DNA from: an uncultured Gammaproteobacteria bacterium
Lineage (GTDB): Bacteria > Cyanobacteriota > Vampirovibrionia > LMEP-6097 > CAYGPN01
Reading direction: 5' to 3'
DNA length: 64,000 bases
Assembly (NCBI GenBank): GCA_964352085.1
Contig: CAYGPN010000001.1
Location: 243,426-307,425, forward strand
This document shows positions 32,100-41,696 of this stretch, one piece after another. Below the pieces are notes generated by a model. It was given only the letters and a program-made list of their open reading frames with translations, was not told the origin of the DNA and made no database searches. Within the stretch, counting starts at the first letter, position 1, and the number at the start of each line of letters is the position of its first letter. The translations under genes were made by a program, and so were the position numbers.

Positions 32100-33670
32100 A
32101 AAGCTCCATACCACTACTAAAAACTTTAGGTATTTGTGCTCTTCTTTTATTTATTTTTGCTTTCACTTCGGTTAAAGCAAAAACAATCAGAGTCGGCTCC
32201 AGAGATTTTCCTGAGTCTGTACTAAGTGCTGAAATTCTAAGCAGTGCTATAGAAAAATATAGTGATCTTAAAGTAGATAGAAACTTCAATCTTGGTGGTG
32301 TGCGCATCAATATGGCAGCAATGCAAAGCAACAACCTAGATATTTACCCAGATTACACTGGCTCACTGCTTCACAACTTACTTGGTGAGCATAGCGAAAA
32401 AGAATATTTAAGTAATTACCTAAAAGAAACGCTTAAAAATAAATATGAGCTGAGCATGTCTGAACCACTTGGTTTTGACAATAGTTTCGTTTTAGCTGTC
32501 AGAAAAGACTTTGCAAAAAAGCATAAATTAGAAAAGATATCTGATCTTTCAAAAATAAACCCCGAAAACTTAAGAGTCTCTTTTAAGCATTCTTTTATTA
32601 AAAGACCAGATGGTTATGAGCAAATCAAAAAAGTATATGGCTACGATTTCAAAAATTTGAGAGCTATGGAATACAACATTGCATTACAGCAATTATTAGC
32701 CGGGCGCATCGATGTCATAGACTCATTTTCAACGGACTCAAGAATAAAAAACCCTAAGCTTCTGACACTTAGAGATGATAGAAAAGCACTTCTAGCTTAC
32801 TCATCTATCTATCTTTCAAGGAATAAAATCCTAGCAAAATATCCAGAGATCGAGACGATACTAAATTCGCTTAGCTCATCACTTACAAACGATAAGATGC
32901 TTAAACTTAACGAGCGCATAGAAAAAGGTGAGACTTATAAAGAGGTAGCTGCTGACTTTTTAAAAGAGCTGGAGGCTAGCACCAACACTTTTAGCAAGAA
33001 AAGGCTGCTACCTAATAATCAAAGAAGCTCTAAAGAAAAGAAAAGTGGCATCGAAGCTAGGCTCAGTCAAGATTTGCCTCTAGTTAAAAAGGCGCTTTTA
33101 GAGCATCTTTGTTTATCTTTCTTGGCGGCATTCCTTGCAGCATTATTTGGCATAAGTTTAGGCGTTCTTATAACTTATAAAGAAAAACTCGCAAAGATAG
33201 TACTTGGTATAAGTGCAGTGACTCAAACGATACCTAGTCTCGCTTTACTTGCACTTTTAATTCCAATAGTTGGTTTAGGGTTTTACCCAGCTTTAGTTGC
33301 GCTCTTTGTTTATGCACTACTTCCAGTTATTCAAAACACTTACACCGGAATTAAAGGCATTGATAATAAATATATAGAACTAGGGAAATCACTGGCGCTT
33401 AGCGAAAAGGAATTATTGTTTAAAATCAAAATGCCTATGGCTGCAAGTGTGGTAATCGCTGGTGTTAAAACGAGTTTGGTTATTTGCATTGGCACTGCAA
33501 CTCTAGCCACTTTTGTAGGTGGCGGCGGGCTTGGTGATCTGATTAAAGCTGGTATAGATCTTAATAGCAACTACCTTATATGTCTTGGTGCTTTGCCAGC
33601 CGCAGCACTCGCATTAATTAGCAATATAGCTTTAACTAAAGTAGAGAAAGCTTTTACTTACAAAACTTAG
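32096..33670 (+). CDS. Fused glycine-betaine/osmoprotectant binding protein and permease
   Basis: VGSRDFPES, DIYPDYTG, RPDGY; C-terminal QTIPSLALL, GGGGLGDLI. Confidence 0.88.
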   Translation: MKSSIPLLKTLGICALLLFIFAFTSVKAKTIRVGSRDFPESVLSAEILSSAIEKYSDLKVDRNFNLGGVRINMAAMQSNNLDIYPDYTGSLLHNLLGEHSEKEYLSNYLKETLKNKYELSMSEPLGFDNSFVLAVRKDFAKKHKLEKISDLSKINPENLRVSFKHSFIKRPDGYEQIKKVYGYDFKNLRAMEYNIALQQLLAGRIDVIDSFSTDSRIKNPKLLTLRDDRKALLAYSSIYLSRNKILAKYPEIETILNSLSSSLTNDKMLKLNERIEKGETYKEVAADFLKELEASTNTFSKKRLLPNNQRSSKEKKSGIEARLSQDLPLVKKALLEHLCLSFLAAFLAALFGISLGVLITYKEKLAKIVLGISAVTQTIPSLALLALLIPIVGLGFYPALVALFVYALLPVIQNTYTGIKGIDNKYIELGKSLALSEKELLFKIKMPMAASVVIAGVKTSLVICIGTATLATFVGGGGLGDLIKAGIDLNSNYLICLGALPAAALALISNIALTKVEKAFTYKT

Positions 33671-33724
33671 AATATTACAGCTCCCAAACCAGAAAAATGT
33701 CACAAAATTAGCCCTGGCACCGGT

Positions 33725-34534
33725 GTGACACAAGCTAGGGAATACCATGCCCCTAGTTTTCCTATGCTTATGATTCAAATCATGAGCCCCAGAATCTATA
33801 TTAAAGCTTTTACTAAGCCACTAAGCATACTAGGTCGTTTTTTGCTTAAGGAACTTGCCTACCAGAGGTGCTTCAAATGCAAGATCAAGCTAAAGACAGA
33901 GCAAGATTATCTTTGCAGAAAATGTGAACCTCTTTTTTACCAAACAAATAGCAAAACTAAAAACATTAATGGGGTTAATATTCACTTTGCAAGTAAGTAT
34001 TCTAATTTACATCAGGACTTAATGAAACAATTTAAATATGAAAGCCCTAGATTAAAAAAGATTTGGGCAAGACTTTTAACTAAATACTGGAAGAAGTACA
34101 GAGACCGCATCCTAGAAGCTGATGATTTCGATAGCTTAATTCAAAGCCACCAAGACTCTCAAACTTATGTGACAGAAATTCCTCTTCATTTTATTAGAGA
34201 ATTTAGTCGCGGCTACAATCAATCAAAACTAATAGCTAAAGATTTCTCTAGAAAGCAAAATTTTATACATATTGAAAATTTATTGAAGAGGAAAAAGGAA
34301 ACCCTTAGCCTTTTTGACAAAAGCAAAAGTGAAAGAGAAGCCATCATGAAAGATGCTTTTCTAATTAATAGAGGAAAGCTAAGGGAAATCGAGCCAAATG
34401 ATAAATACAAAAGACTAATTATCATTGATGACATCACGACAACTGGCATTACACTTTATGAAGCTCAAAAAGCTATTAAGAAATCACTAATCTTTGATGA
34501 GATTCTACTGCTTTCTTGCACTGGAAATACTTAG
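33725..34534 (+). CDS. comF: ComF family phosphoribosyltransferase-like protein (true start probably further downstream)
   Basis: CxxC...CxxC, RGYNQS, IIDDITTTGITL. Confidence 0.85.
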   Translation: MTQAREYHAPSFPMLMIQIMSPRIYIKAFTKPLSILGRFLLKELAYQRCFKCKIKLKTEQDYLCRKCEPLFYQTNSKTKNINGVNIHFASKYSNLHQDLMKQFKYESPRLKKIWARLLTKYWKKYRDRILEADDFDSLIQSHQDSQTYVTEIPLHFIREFSRGYNQSKLIAKDFSRKQNFIHIENLLKRKKETLSLFDKSKSEREAIMKDAFLINRGKLREIEPNDKYKRLIIIDDITTTGITLYEAQKAIKKSLIFDEILLLSCTGNT

Positions 34535-34572
34535 CATTCAAGAGTTCTGATAGAATTAGATAGGCAAAAAAC

Positions 34573-35136
34573 ATGTTAACACCTACAGATTTTAAAAACG
34601 GACTAACATTCAAGTGGAAAAACGGCTTATATCAAGTCACCGAATTCCTGCATGTTAAACCTGGTAAAGGCTCTGCTTTTGTCAGAACAAAATTGAGAAA
34701 CCTCTTAACTGGAAGTACTCTTGAAGATACATTCAGAATGAACGAACAGTTTGAGCCAGCTCACATTGAAAAGAAAGAGATGCAGTACTTATTTAATTCT
34801 GGTGATCATTATACTTTCATGGATATGAAATCCTATGAGCAAGTTGAGCTTAATAAAGAACAGATTGGTGCTGACACACTACTTTTCTTAAAAGAAGAAA
34901 CCTTGTGTAGCGTAATGACCCATGATGGCAAAATTTTAAAAGTAGATCTTCCTAACTCTCTTGAGTTAGTAATAACAGAGACTGCGCCAAACGAAAAAGG
35001 CAACACTTCATCAGGCGGCACAAAACCAGCAATTTTAGAAACAGGTGCAACGATTAACGTACCTTTCTTTGTAGAGACGGGTGAAACAGTAAGAGTTAAT
35101 CCAATTGAGAAAAAATATCAGGATAGGGTGAAATAA
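34573..35136 (+). CDS. efp: Elongation factor P
   Basis: HVKPGKGSAFVRTKLRN; KPAILETG. Confidence 0.98.
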   Translation: MLTPTDFKNGLTFKWKNGLYQVTEFLHVKPGKGSAFVRTKLRNLLTGSTLEDTFRMNEQFEPAHIEKKEMQYLFNSGDHYTFMDMKSYEQVELNKEQIGADTLLFLKEETLCSVMTHDGKILKVDLPNSLELVITETAPNEKGNTSSGGTKPAILETGATINVPFFVETGETVRVNPIEKKYQDRVK

Positions 35137-35585
35137 TGTCAGATAAACTTCCAGTAGATAAAATTAAAAAACTTTCAGAGCTTCTTAAAGAGCAAGGACT
35201 AACTGAAATCGAACTAGAATCTGAAGGCTTTAAAATCAGAGTTCGCAAGGAAGCAGTGAGCCATGTTCACAGTAATGGACACGCGCCGGCGCCAGTAGCA
35301 GCAGCACCGGTAGCAGCGAGCGCAGCACCTGCAGCAGACCCAAGCCTTTTTGAAGTTAAGTCACCAATGGTTGGTACTTTTTATCAAGCCGGATCTCCTG
35401 ATGCTGATCCTTTTGTTAAAGTTGGCTCATCAGTTAATTCTGGAGACACACTCTGCATTGTTGAAGCGATGAAATTAATGAACGAACTACCTTCAGAAGT
35501 GAAAGGTGAAGTGAAAGAAATTTGCGTTAGTGATGGAGAGGCTATCTCTTTCGGGCAAGTAATAATGCGCATCAAAAAAGCTTAG
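35136..35585 (+). CDS. accB: Acetyl-CoA carboxylase biotin carboxyl carrier protein
   Basis: SPMVGTFY, EAMKLMNE biotinylation motif. Confidence 0.97.
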   Translation: MSDKLPVDKIKKLSELLKEQGLTEIELESEGFKIRVRKEAVSHVHSNGHAPAPVAAAPVAASAAPAADPSLFEVKSPMVGTFYQAGSPDADPFVKVGSSVNSGDTLCIVEAMKLMNELPSEVKGEVKEICVSDGEAISFGQVIMRIKKA

Positions 35586-35636
35586 CTATTGCATACATAA
35601 CGCTGGAATAGATATTAGCCCAGCTTAATCTTAAAC

Positions 35637-36275
35637 ATGGACCTTTACAAACAAGCACTCACACATAGTTCTGTCTCTAAAGACAATCCTACTGAGTCTG
35701 ATAACGAGCGCTTAGAATTCTTTGGAGATGCTGTTTTAAAACTAGTTTTCAGCAAATATCTATTTGATAGATTTAAAAATTCAGGAGAAGGTACTTTAAC
35801 CAAATACCGCTCTAGGCTAATCTCGGACCAAGTATTATCAATGATTGGATATGACCTAGAATTTGATAAAAAAGTTTTAGTTGGCTCATCTTTAGCAAAT
35901 AAAAAAAAACCTAAATCTATAGTTGGAGATGCAGTTGAAGCTCACATCGGTGCTCTTTATTTAGATAGAGGCTATGAAGCTGCCGAAAAATTCATTCTAG
36001 ATAGTTGGGACAAACATATAGATAACTGCATAGAGGAAGCTGAGACTGAAAACTATAAAGCAAGACTGCAAGAATTAATTCAAAAAGAACATAGTATGGC
36101 ACCTCACTATGGAGTTTTAGAAGAGCATGGACCCGATCATGATAAAGAATTTACCGTCGGGGTATATTTTAAAGAGGAGCTTTTAGGTTCTGGTAAAGGT
36201 ATCAGCAAGAAAGACGCTAGCCAAATGGCTGCGAAAGATGCATTAAATTTAATAGAAAAAAAAGATGCCAGATAG
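35637..36275 (+). CDS. rnc: Ribonuclease III
   Basis: ALTHSS, NERLEFFGDAVL, C-terminal dsRBD. Confidence 0.96.
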   Translation: MDLYKQALTHSSVSKDNPTESDNERLEFFGDAVLKLVFSKYLFDRFKNSGEGTLTKYRSRLISDQVLSMIGYDLEFDKKVLVGSSLANKKKPKSIVGDAVEAHIGALYLDRGYEAAEKFILDSWDKHIDNCIEEAETENYKARLQELIQKEHSMAPHYGVLEEHGPDHDKEFTVGVYFKEELLGSGKGISKKDASQMAAKDALNLIEKKDAR

Positions 36276-37128
36276 TAACGGAAAAAACAGAGTAAAAACA
36301 ATTTCAGAGGCTTTGCCTTATATACAGAAACACGCAGGTAAGGTTTTTGTAATTAAATATGGCGGCTCAGCTCTTACCAATAAAGAGATGATGGAAAGTA
36401 CCATCAAAGATTTAGTTTTACTAAATAGTGTTGGAATCAAAGTCATACTTGTGCATGGCGGTGGTCCGGAAATTAACGAGATGCTTGGTAGAGTTGGCTT
36501 GGAACCAAAATTTGAGAAAGGTCTTCGCACTACTGATGCTGAGACGATGGAAATCGTCGAGATGGTTTTACATGGGAAAGTACAACGCCGTTTAGTTACT
36601 GCTGTAAATTGCGCAGGTGGAAAAGCGATTGGGATTTCTGGTAGAGATGGCAGAATTATAGTCGCTAAAAAACACCCTGATGTTGATGAACATCATCATG
36701 TCGGGGAAGTAAAGACTTCTAACATGGAGCTTATTCATAATATGATGGATCTTGGCATGATACCGATTATCAGCTCTATAGCGCCTGACGAGAGTGGCAA
36801 ACCTTATAACATTAACGCTGATACTATGACTGCCGAAATAGCAATCAGCATGAAAGCACATAAAATGCTTTTGATGACAGACACTCCTGGAATTTTAAAA
36901 GACAAAGATAAAGCGGAATCTTTAATTACCGAGATCAGTACTGATGACACAAAAGAACTAATTAAAGATGGCACGATACAAGGCGGGATGATTCCTAAAG
37001 CTGAATGCTGCATAGAAGCTATAAATAATGGTGTCGGTCAAGCAGTAATTTTAAATGGTTTAGATAAACATTGCCTTCTACTTGAAACCTTTACTGATAT
37101 TGGCTCAGGGACAATTATCAGAAATTAA
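36265..37128 (+). CDS. argB: Acetylglutamate kinase
   Basis: VIKYGG, VHGGGPEI, NINAD, GGMIPK. Confidence 0.97.
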   Translation: MPDSNGKNRVKTISEALPYIQKHAGKVFVIKYGGSALTNKEMMESTIKDLVLLNSVGIKVILVHGGGPEINEMLGRVGLEPKFEKGLRTTDAETMEIVEMVLHGKVQRRLVTAVNCAGGKAIGISGRDGRIIVAKKHPDVDEHHHVGEVKTSNMELIHNMMDLGMIPIISSIAPDESGKPYNINADTMTAEIAISMKAHKMLLMTDTPGILKDKDKAESLITEISTDDTKELIKDGTIQGGMIPKAECCIEAINNGVGQAVILNGLDKHCLLLETFTDIGSGTIIRN

Positions 37129-37222
37129 GAGACCTAAAGCTAATAGACTAGGTGGTGAAACTTCATCACAAAAGTGACGCCAGCTTAGAATAGTGGTATA
37201 TCACTTAAATAGAGATGTTTTC

Positions 37223-37819
37223 ATGAAAAAAAGTCAAAACGCTTTAGCAATTTTTACTTTTCTGCTAGGCGCCAGTTTAACAATTAATCCGCCAGCTACT
37301 GCAAGTCTAGAGACTGCTGTAGCACAAACAGAGTTGATCACAAAAGTCATCATTACTGCCAGCAAAAAAGTAAAGAAAAAAAATCTGAGTATTTCAGCTG
37401 ACAATGATCTTTATCTCGCAAAGAAAGTGAAAATCAAAGGCAAGAAAATTACAATTCCTATAATTGTTGACCCTTCAATTACATCTGGTTCTTTGATAGT
37501 TACAGCAACGATTAAAGATCAAGTTTTAAGCAACAGCATAGAGCCCTCTTTAATTGCTTCGCAAAAAAATGTGAATTTTAATACTGAAACAGGAAAGATT
37601 GATATGACAGCAAGCCTTATAGGCAAAAAGACAAAAGGCTTTCTGCTTAAAGCAGGTGAAGGAACTAGTATAAAAAAAGCTATTCGACTTAAAGGGAAAG
37701 CAAATAGCAATAATGATACTGTGAGTTTTAAATTAAAGAGTGAGCTTGAAGATGGTGTGATTTACACCATGATATTCAAAGATAAAGCTAATGTTTTCTT
37801 TGGTAGCTTTTCTAAGTAA
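37223..37819 (+). CDS. Hypothetical Lys-rich secreted beta protein
   Basis: Likely start MKKSQ; signal peptide ending ATA. Confidence 0.6.
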   Translation: MKKSQNALAIFTFLLGASLTINPPATASLETAVAQTELITKVIITASKKVKKKNLSISADNDLYLAKKVKIKGKKITIPIIVDPSITSGSLIVTATIKDQVLSNSIEPSLIASQKNVNFNTETGKIDMTASLIGKKTKGFLLKAGEGTSIKKAIRLKGKANSNNDTVSFKLKSELEDGVIYTMIFKDKANVFFGSFSK

Positions 37820-37833
37820 TTAAATTTTGAAAA

Positions 37834-38049
37834 TTATGATTGCTGTGATTGAATTTTGATTGCTTCAATCAAGTCATTAGGCTCAATATAGCCTTCTTCT
37901 AAAAGGATTCTGCCAATTGGATATTTCTCATCTGCTGATTGTTTAGACTGAATGTCTAACGCGCGCAGAAGTTGATCTTCTTCCAGGACCCCTAATTGAA
38001 TAAGGATTTCACCTAGCTTGTATCTTTTTTTTGTTTTTTCTTCTGCCAT
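37834..38049 (-). CDS. Stand-alone MshEN-type c-di-GMP-binding protein
   Basis: Two tandem motifs KLGEILIQLGVLEEDQLLRALDIQ and PIGRILLEEGYIEPNDLIEAIKIQ. Confidence 0.8.
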   Translation of the reverse strand: MAEEKTKKRYKLGEILIQLGVLEEDQLLRALDIQSKQSADEKYPIGRILLEEGYIEPNDLIEAIKIQSQQS

Positions 38050-38078
38050 CTTGTTTACTATATCCTATTTTTTTAGAA

Positions 38079-38161
38079 GCCGTAGATTACCTGAAAGCGG
38101 CTAATTATGGCTGCTTGATTTCTCACCTGACCAGGTTCATAGGCTCCCACCAACCTACGGC
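38079..38161 (-). ncRNA. ffs: Signal recognition particle RNA (small, 4.5S type)
   Basis: Minus strand reads GUCAGG-UGA-GAAA-UCA-AGCAGC (domain IV) inside a long hairpin closed by GCCGUAG/CUACGGC; ends approximate. Confidence 0.9.
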
Positions 38162-38301
38162 AATAACCATTATAACTAATTTGCCCAGTATATAGGGTTT
38201 TTCACAAAGAAAACTCTTAGTCATATATATAATCGGTAAATAAAAAAAATTCTTCAGCTAATTAACTGAGTAAAGTTATATTAGAAATTAATTACTCATA
38301 A

Positions 38302-38766
38302 CTATTTGTTACGGCGCATCTGAGAAGTCGTAAGAAGCATCAGTTCTCTTTGAAGTTTATGCTCAGCAATCACTAATTCTTTTTGATTAGTATCTTTTCC
38401 TTGAAGCATGTCTAACTCAGACTTAGCTTTATCAGCTTCTTTCTTAGCAATAGCTTCATCAATATCTTCACCACGTTTAGCATAATCAGAGATAACTGTT
38501 ACCTTACTATCCTTTATTTCAAGCACGCCGCCCATAACTGCAACAAACTCTTCTTGACCGCGATACCAATATCTAATTGGCGCAAAGTCTAACTGAGCAG
38601 TCATATCAGCATGCTTTGGCAAAATTCCAAACTCACCACTAACTGACTTAGCTACGATCCTATCAACATCAAAACTTATCAATACCTCGCCCGGTGTGAT
38701 TAGCTCAAATTTGAAAGTTTTAGAACCTTTAGCAGTTGTTTTATCTTCTATAGTACTTGTGCTCAT
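38302..38766 (-). CDS. atpC: ATP synthase F1 epsilon subunit
   Basis: FELITP, GEFGILPKHA, AVMGGVLEI, EDID. Confidence 0.93.
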   Translation of the reverse strand: MSTSTIEDKTTAKGSKTFKFELITPGEVLISFDVDRIVAKSVSGEFGILPKHADMTAQLDFAPIRYWYRGQEEFVAVMGGVLEIKDSKVTVISDYAKRGEDIDEAIAKKEADKAKSELDMLQGKDTNQKELVIAEHKLQRELMLLTTSQMRRNK

Positions 38767-38789
38767 ATCAGGAGTATAATGATAGCAAA

Positions 38790-41624
38790 ATGACTAAAAG
38801 TAAACGGATTTCGCTGTGTTATTTAAGAAAATTTCTGTTAATCTCACTATTAGCGACTAGCTATTTAAGCCAAATGAGTACCAACACTATTGAAGCAAAG
38901 GTGAAAACCCCAAAAAGTATTGAACATATCAAAACTTATGGCGGGATTTCGGAATACAAATTAAAGAACGGACTTACCGTCTTAACAAAACCTGATTTAA
39001 ACTCGCCTTTAATTTCTTGGCAAGTTTGGTACAAAGTTGGCAGCAGAAACGAAAACACTAGTTACACAGGAATCGCTCACTACCTTGAGCACATGATGTT
39101 TAAAGGTACTGATCAATTTGACAAAGGCGAAATATCACAGTCTATTCAATTGCGTGGTGGCATCTTTAATGCCTTTACTGGTGATGACTACACAGCATAT
39201 TTTGAAAACTTTGCACCAGAAAACTTAGAGCTTGCAATAAAACTTGAAGCTGATCGTATGAGAAATTCTCGCTTAAATGAAGAAGAGCTTAATTTAGAAA
39301 GATCTGTAATTGTTTCTGAGCTTGAGGGAGGCGAAAACAATCCGATGCAAACTTTATACAAAACATTAAAAGCAACTGCTTACAATGTACATCCTTATAA
39401 AAACCCTATAATAGGATGGCCTCAAGACTTAAATAATATCAACGCAAAAACAATGCGTGAATTTTATGACACTTACTATCAACCAAATAACGCAACTGCT
39501 ATTCTTGCTGGTAACTTCGATACAGAGCTAGCACTAGAGCTTATCGATGCATATTTTGGTGATTTCAAAGCTGGCGAACTTCCTTACCCTCCAGTAAGCG
39601 AAGAGCCTGAACAAAGAGGCGAGCGCAAAGCTGTAATAGAACAAGAAGGTTTAATTACTTACCTTGCTCAAGCTTTTCATATCCCTAAATTCACTCATGA
39701 AGATTACGCAGCTTTAAATATTGTGTCTGATATTTTATTTGGTGGAACTAGCAGCCGTACTTACAAATCTTTAATTGACTCTAATAAAGCAATTGACGTT
39801 TCTGGTTACGCCGAAAGTGGTATAGATCCTGGCTTATTAAGAATCATAGTTAATATCCCAGCCAATTCAAGCATTGAAGAAGTAGAGCAAATTTTAAACA
39901 AAGAATTAGAAGCTGTCAAAAATGGTGTTAGCCCTGAAGAGCTAGAAAAAGCAAAAGCTAGAGTAGAAGCTTCAGCTGTCTATGACAGAGATGGCGTTTA
40001 CCACCAAGGAATTCAAATAGGCTATTTCCATAATATGGCAACTTGGGAGACTTACATCGACTGGGTAGATATCGTTAACAAAATAACAAATGATGATATT
40101 AAAAGAGTTACCAAAAAATACTTAGTACCATCGAACAGAACAACAGTTCATCTTTTGCCTACTAAAGCTAAAGAGAGTTTAATAGCAAGTGCTGATTTCT
40201 TAGAGAATGCAACTAAAAAACAAGTGCAGGGTTATGGTGCTGGAACAGTAGAAAAGCTTGACCCTAAAAAATTGAAGAAATTACTAAAGCTTACCGAGCC
40301 AAAACTTTCAAAAAAGAAAATCAAAAACCACAAACTTGATTTAAATATAGAAAAAATCGTCAACAACGAAAAATTAGAGATTGACTATAAGTTTGAACAA
40401 GACCCTCCTCTGGTTTTTGTTAACGGAATTATGTTTGCAGGAAAACTTGCAAACCCAGAAGGCAAAAATGGTTTAGCTGGCATCACAGCTGAAATGCTTG
40501 AGCGTGGGACCACTGAGCATGATAAATTTGAGCTTTCTGAATTACTCGATCTTTATGGAGCTGAGATCAGCTTTAAAAGTAAAAAGGAAGCTGCAACTTT
40601 TGAAATTACTACTTTGTCCAAAAATTTCGATAAAGTCTTTGAGCTTTTCAAAGAGAGCATCACAATGCCAGCTTTTGATCCTGCAGAATTAGAGAAATTA
40701 AAAAAAGAGCTTATTGGTCAAATAGAGCAAGAAAATGAGTATCCTAGAAAAATAATAGCCAGAGAACTTAATCGCATTATCTACCCAGCAACTCACCCAT
40801 ACTATTCTTATAGTCCTGAAGAAAAGATCAAGCAAATATCATCAATAACAATTGATGATATTAAAAAGTTCTATGCAACTTACTATAACGCCGATCACAT
40901 GAAGGTTTCTGTGGTTGGTGACATCAGCATAGATAAAGTTAAAAAAGAGATTGTGCCAACGCTAGAATACTGGAATGCTGGCAAAGGAGTGGGTAAATCG
41001 TTTAAGTTTAATGACAAAGGACTTCCTTCTATAGAAAAAGTTAAAGCTAAACAGCCTGTAGAGAAATCTATAATCGTTGAAGAGAAACAACAAGTAGAAA
41101 TCGCAATGGGGCATGCTGGAGACATCACCAGACTAGATGATGATTTCTACCCAATGCTTCTTGCTAACTACGCTCTAGGTGGTAGCGCTCTATCTTCTAG
41201 ACTTGGGACTGTGGTACGCGATGAAAATGGTCTGGTTTATGATATCCACTCTGGCTTTAATGCAAGCTTAGGTGCTGGTAGTTTTTATATCTCACTTGGC
41301 TGTAATCCTAAAAACGTAACTAAAGCTATTAGAATAACTAAAAAAGCTGTAAAGGACTTTTTAGAAGAAGGCATAGCAGAAACCGAGCTTGAAGCAACTA
41401 AAGCATACATAGGTGGCTCTTTTGCAGCACGCAACCTTCAAAGCAATGAAGAAACTTCTGAGACTCTTTCTCATCTGATGCTTTATAAGCTTGGGAAGGA
41501 ATATATAGAGAATTATTCTGAGATCATAGAAAAAATCACGAAGAAAGAAGTGGATAGAGTAATGAGAAAGTATATTAAACCAGATATGTTTAATGTAGTT
41601 ATTGCTGGTCCTAAATATGAGTAG
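38790..41624 (+). CDS. M16 family zinc peptidase (fused active and inactive halves)
   Basis: AHYLEHMMFKGT (HxxEH), NAFT, SSRL...VRDENGLVY; start moved to ATG 38790. Confidence 0.92.
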   Translation: MTKSKRISLCYLRKFLLISLLATSYLSQMSTNTIEAKVKTPKSIEHIKTYGGISEYKLKNGLTVLTKPDLNSPLISWQVWYKVGSRNENTSYTGIAHYLEHMMFKGTDQFDKGEISQSIQLRGGIFNAFTGDDYTAYFENFAPENLELAIKLEADRMRNSRLNEEELNLERSVIVSELEGGENNPMQTLYKTLKATAYNVHPYKNPIIGWPQDLNNINAKTMREFYDTYYQPNNATAILAGNFDTELALELIDAYFGDFKAGELPYPPVSEEPEQRGERKAVIEQEGLITYLAQAFHIPKFTHEDYAALNIVSDILFGGTSSRTYKSLIDSNKAIDVSGYAESGIDPGLLRIIVNIPANSSIEEVEQILNKELEAVKNGVSPEELEKAKARVEASAVYDRDGVYHQGIQIGYFHNMATWETYIDWVDIVNKITNDDIKRVTKKYLVPSNRTTVHLLPTKAKESLIASADFLENATKKQVQGYGAGTVEKLDPKKLKKLLKLTEPKLSKKKIKNHKLDLNIEKIVNNEKLEIDYKFEQDPPLVFVNGIMFAGKLANPEGKNGLAGITAEMLERGTTEHDKFELSELLDLYGAEISFKSKKEAATFEITTLSKNFDKVFELFKESITMPAFDPAELEKLKKELIGQIEQENEYPRKIIARELNRIIYPATHPYYSYSPEEKIKQISSITIDDIKKFYATYYNADHMKVSVVGDISIDKVKKEIVPTLEYWNAGKGVGKSFKFNDKGLPSIEKVKAKQPVEKSIIVEEKQQVEIAMGHAGDITRLDDDFYPMLLANYALGGSALSSRLGTVVRDENGLVYDIHSGFNASLGAGSFYISLGCNPKNVTKAIRITKKAVKDFLEEGIAETELEATKAYIGGSFAARNLQSNEETSETLSHLMLYKLGKEYIENYSEIIEKITKKEVDRVMRKYIKPDMFNVVIAGPKYE

Positions 41625-41630
41625 AACAGA

Positions 41631-41696
41631 GCCGTCATTGCGAGCGAAGCCGTCATTGCGAGCGAAGCCGTCATTGCGAGCATAGCGAAGCAATCT
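41631..41696. repeat. Tandemly amplified half of the palindromic repeat family (18-bp unit, about 2.8 copies)
   Basis: GCCGTCATTGCGAGCGAA twice, then GCCGTCATTGCGAGCATAGCGAAGCAATCT. Confidence 0.9.

Noticed and set aside
38757-38789. Upstream start for the M16 peptidase
   Set aside because: Overlaps the atpC start; ATG 38790 follows a TATAAT and gives a signal-like N-terminus
41361-41693. 110-aa minus-strand ORF beginning MLRYARNDGFARNDG
   Set aside because: Translation of the repeat plus antisense of the M16 gene
41631-41696. Possible CRISPR array
   Set aside because: Head-to-tail 18-bp repeats with no spacers and no cas genes nearby
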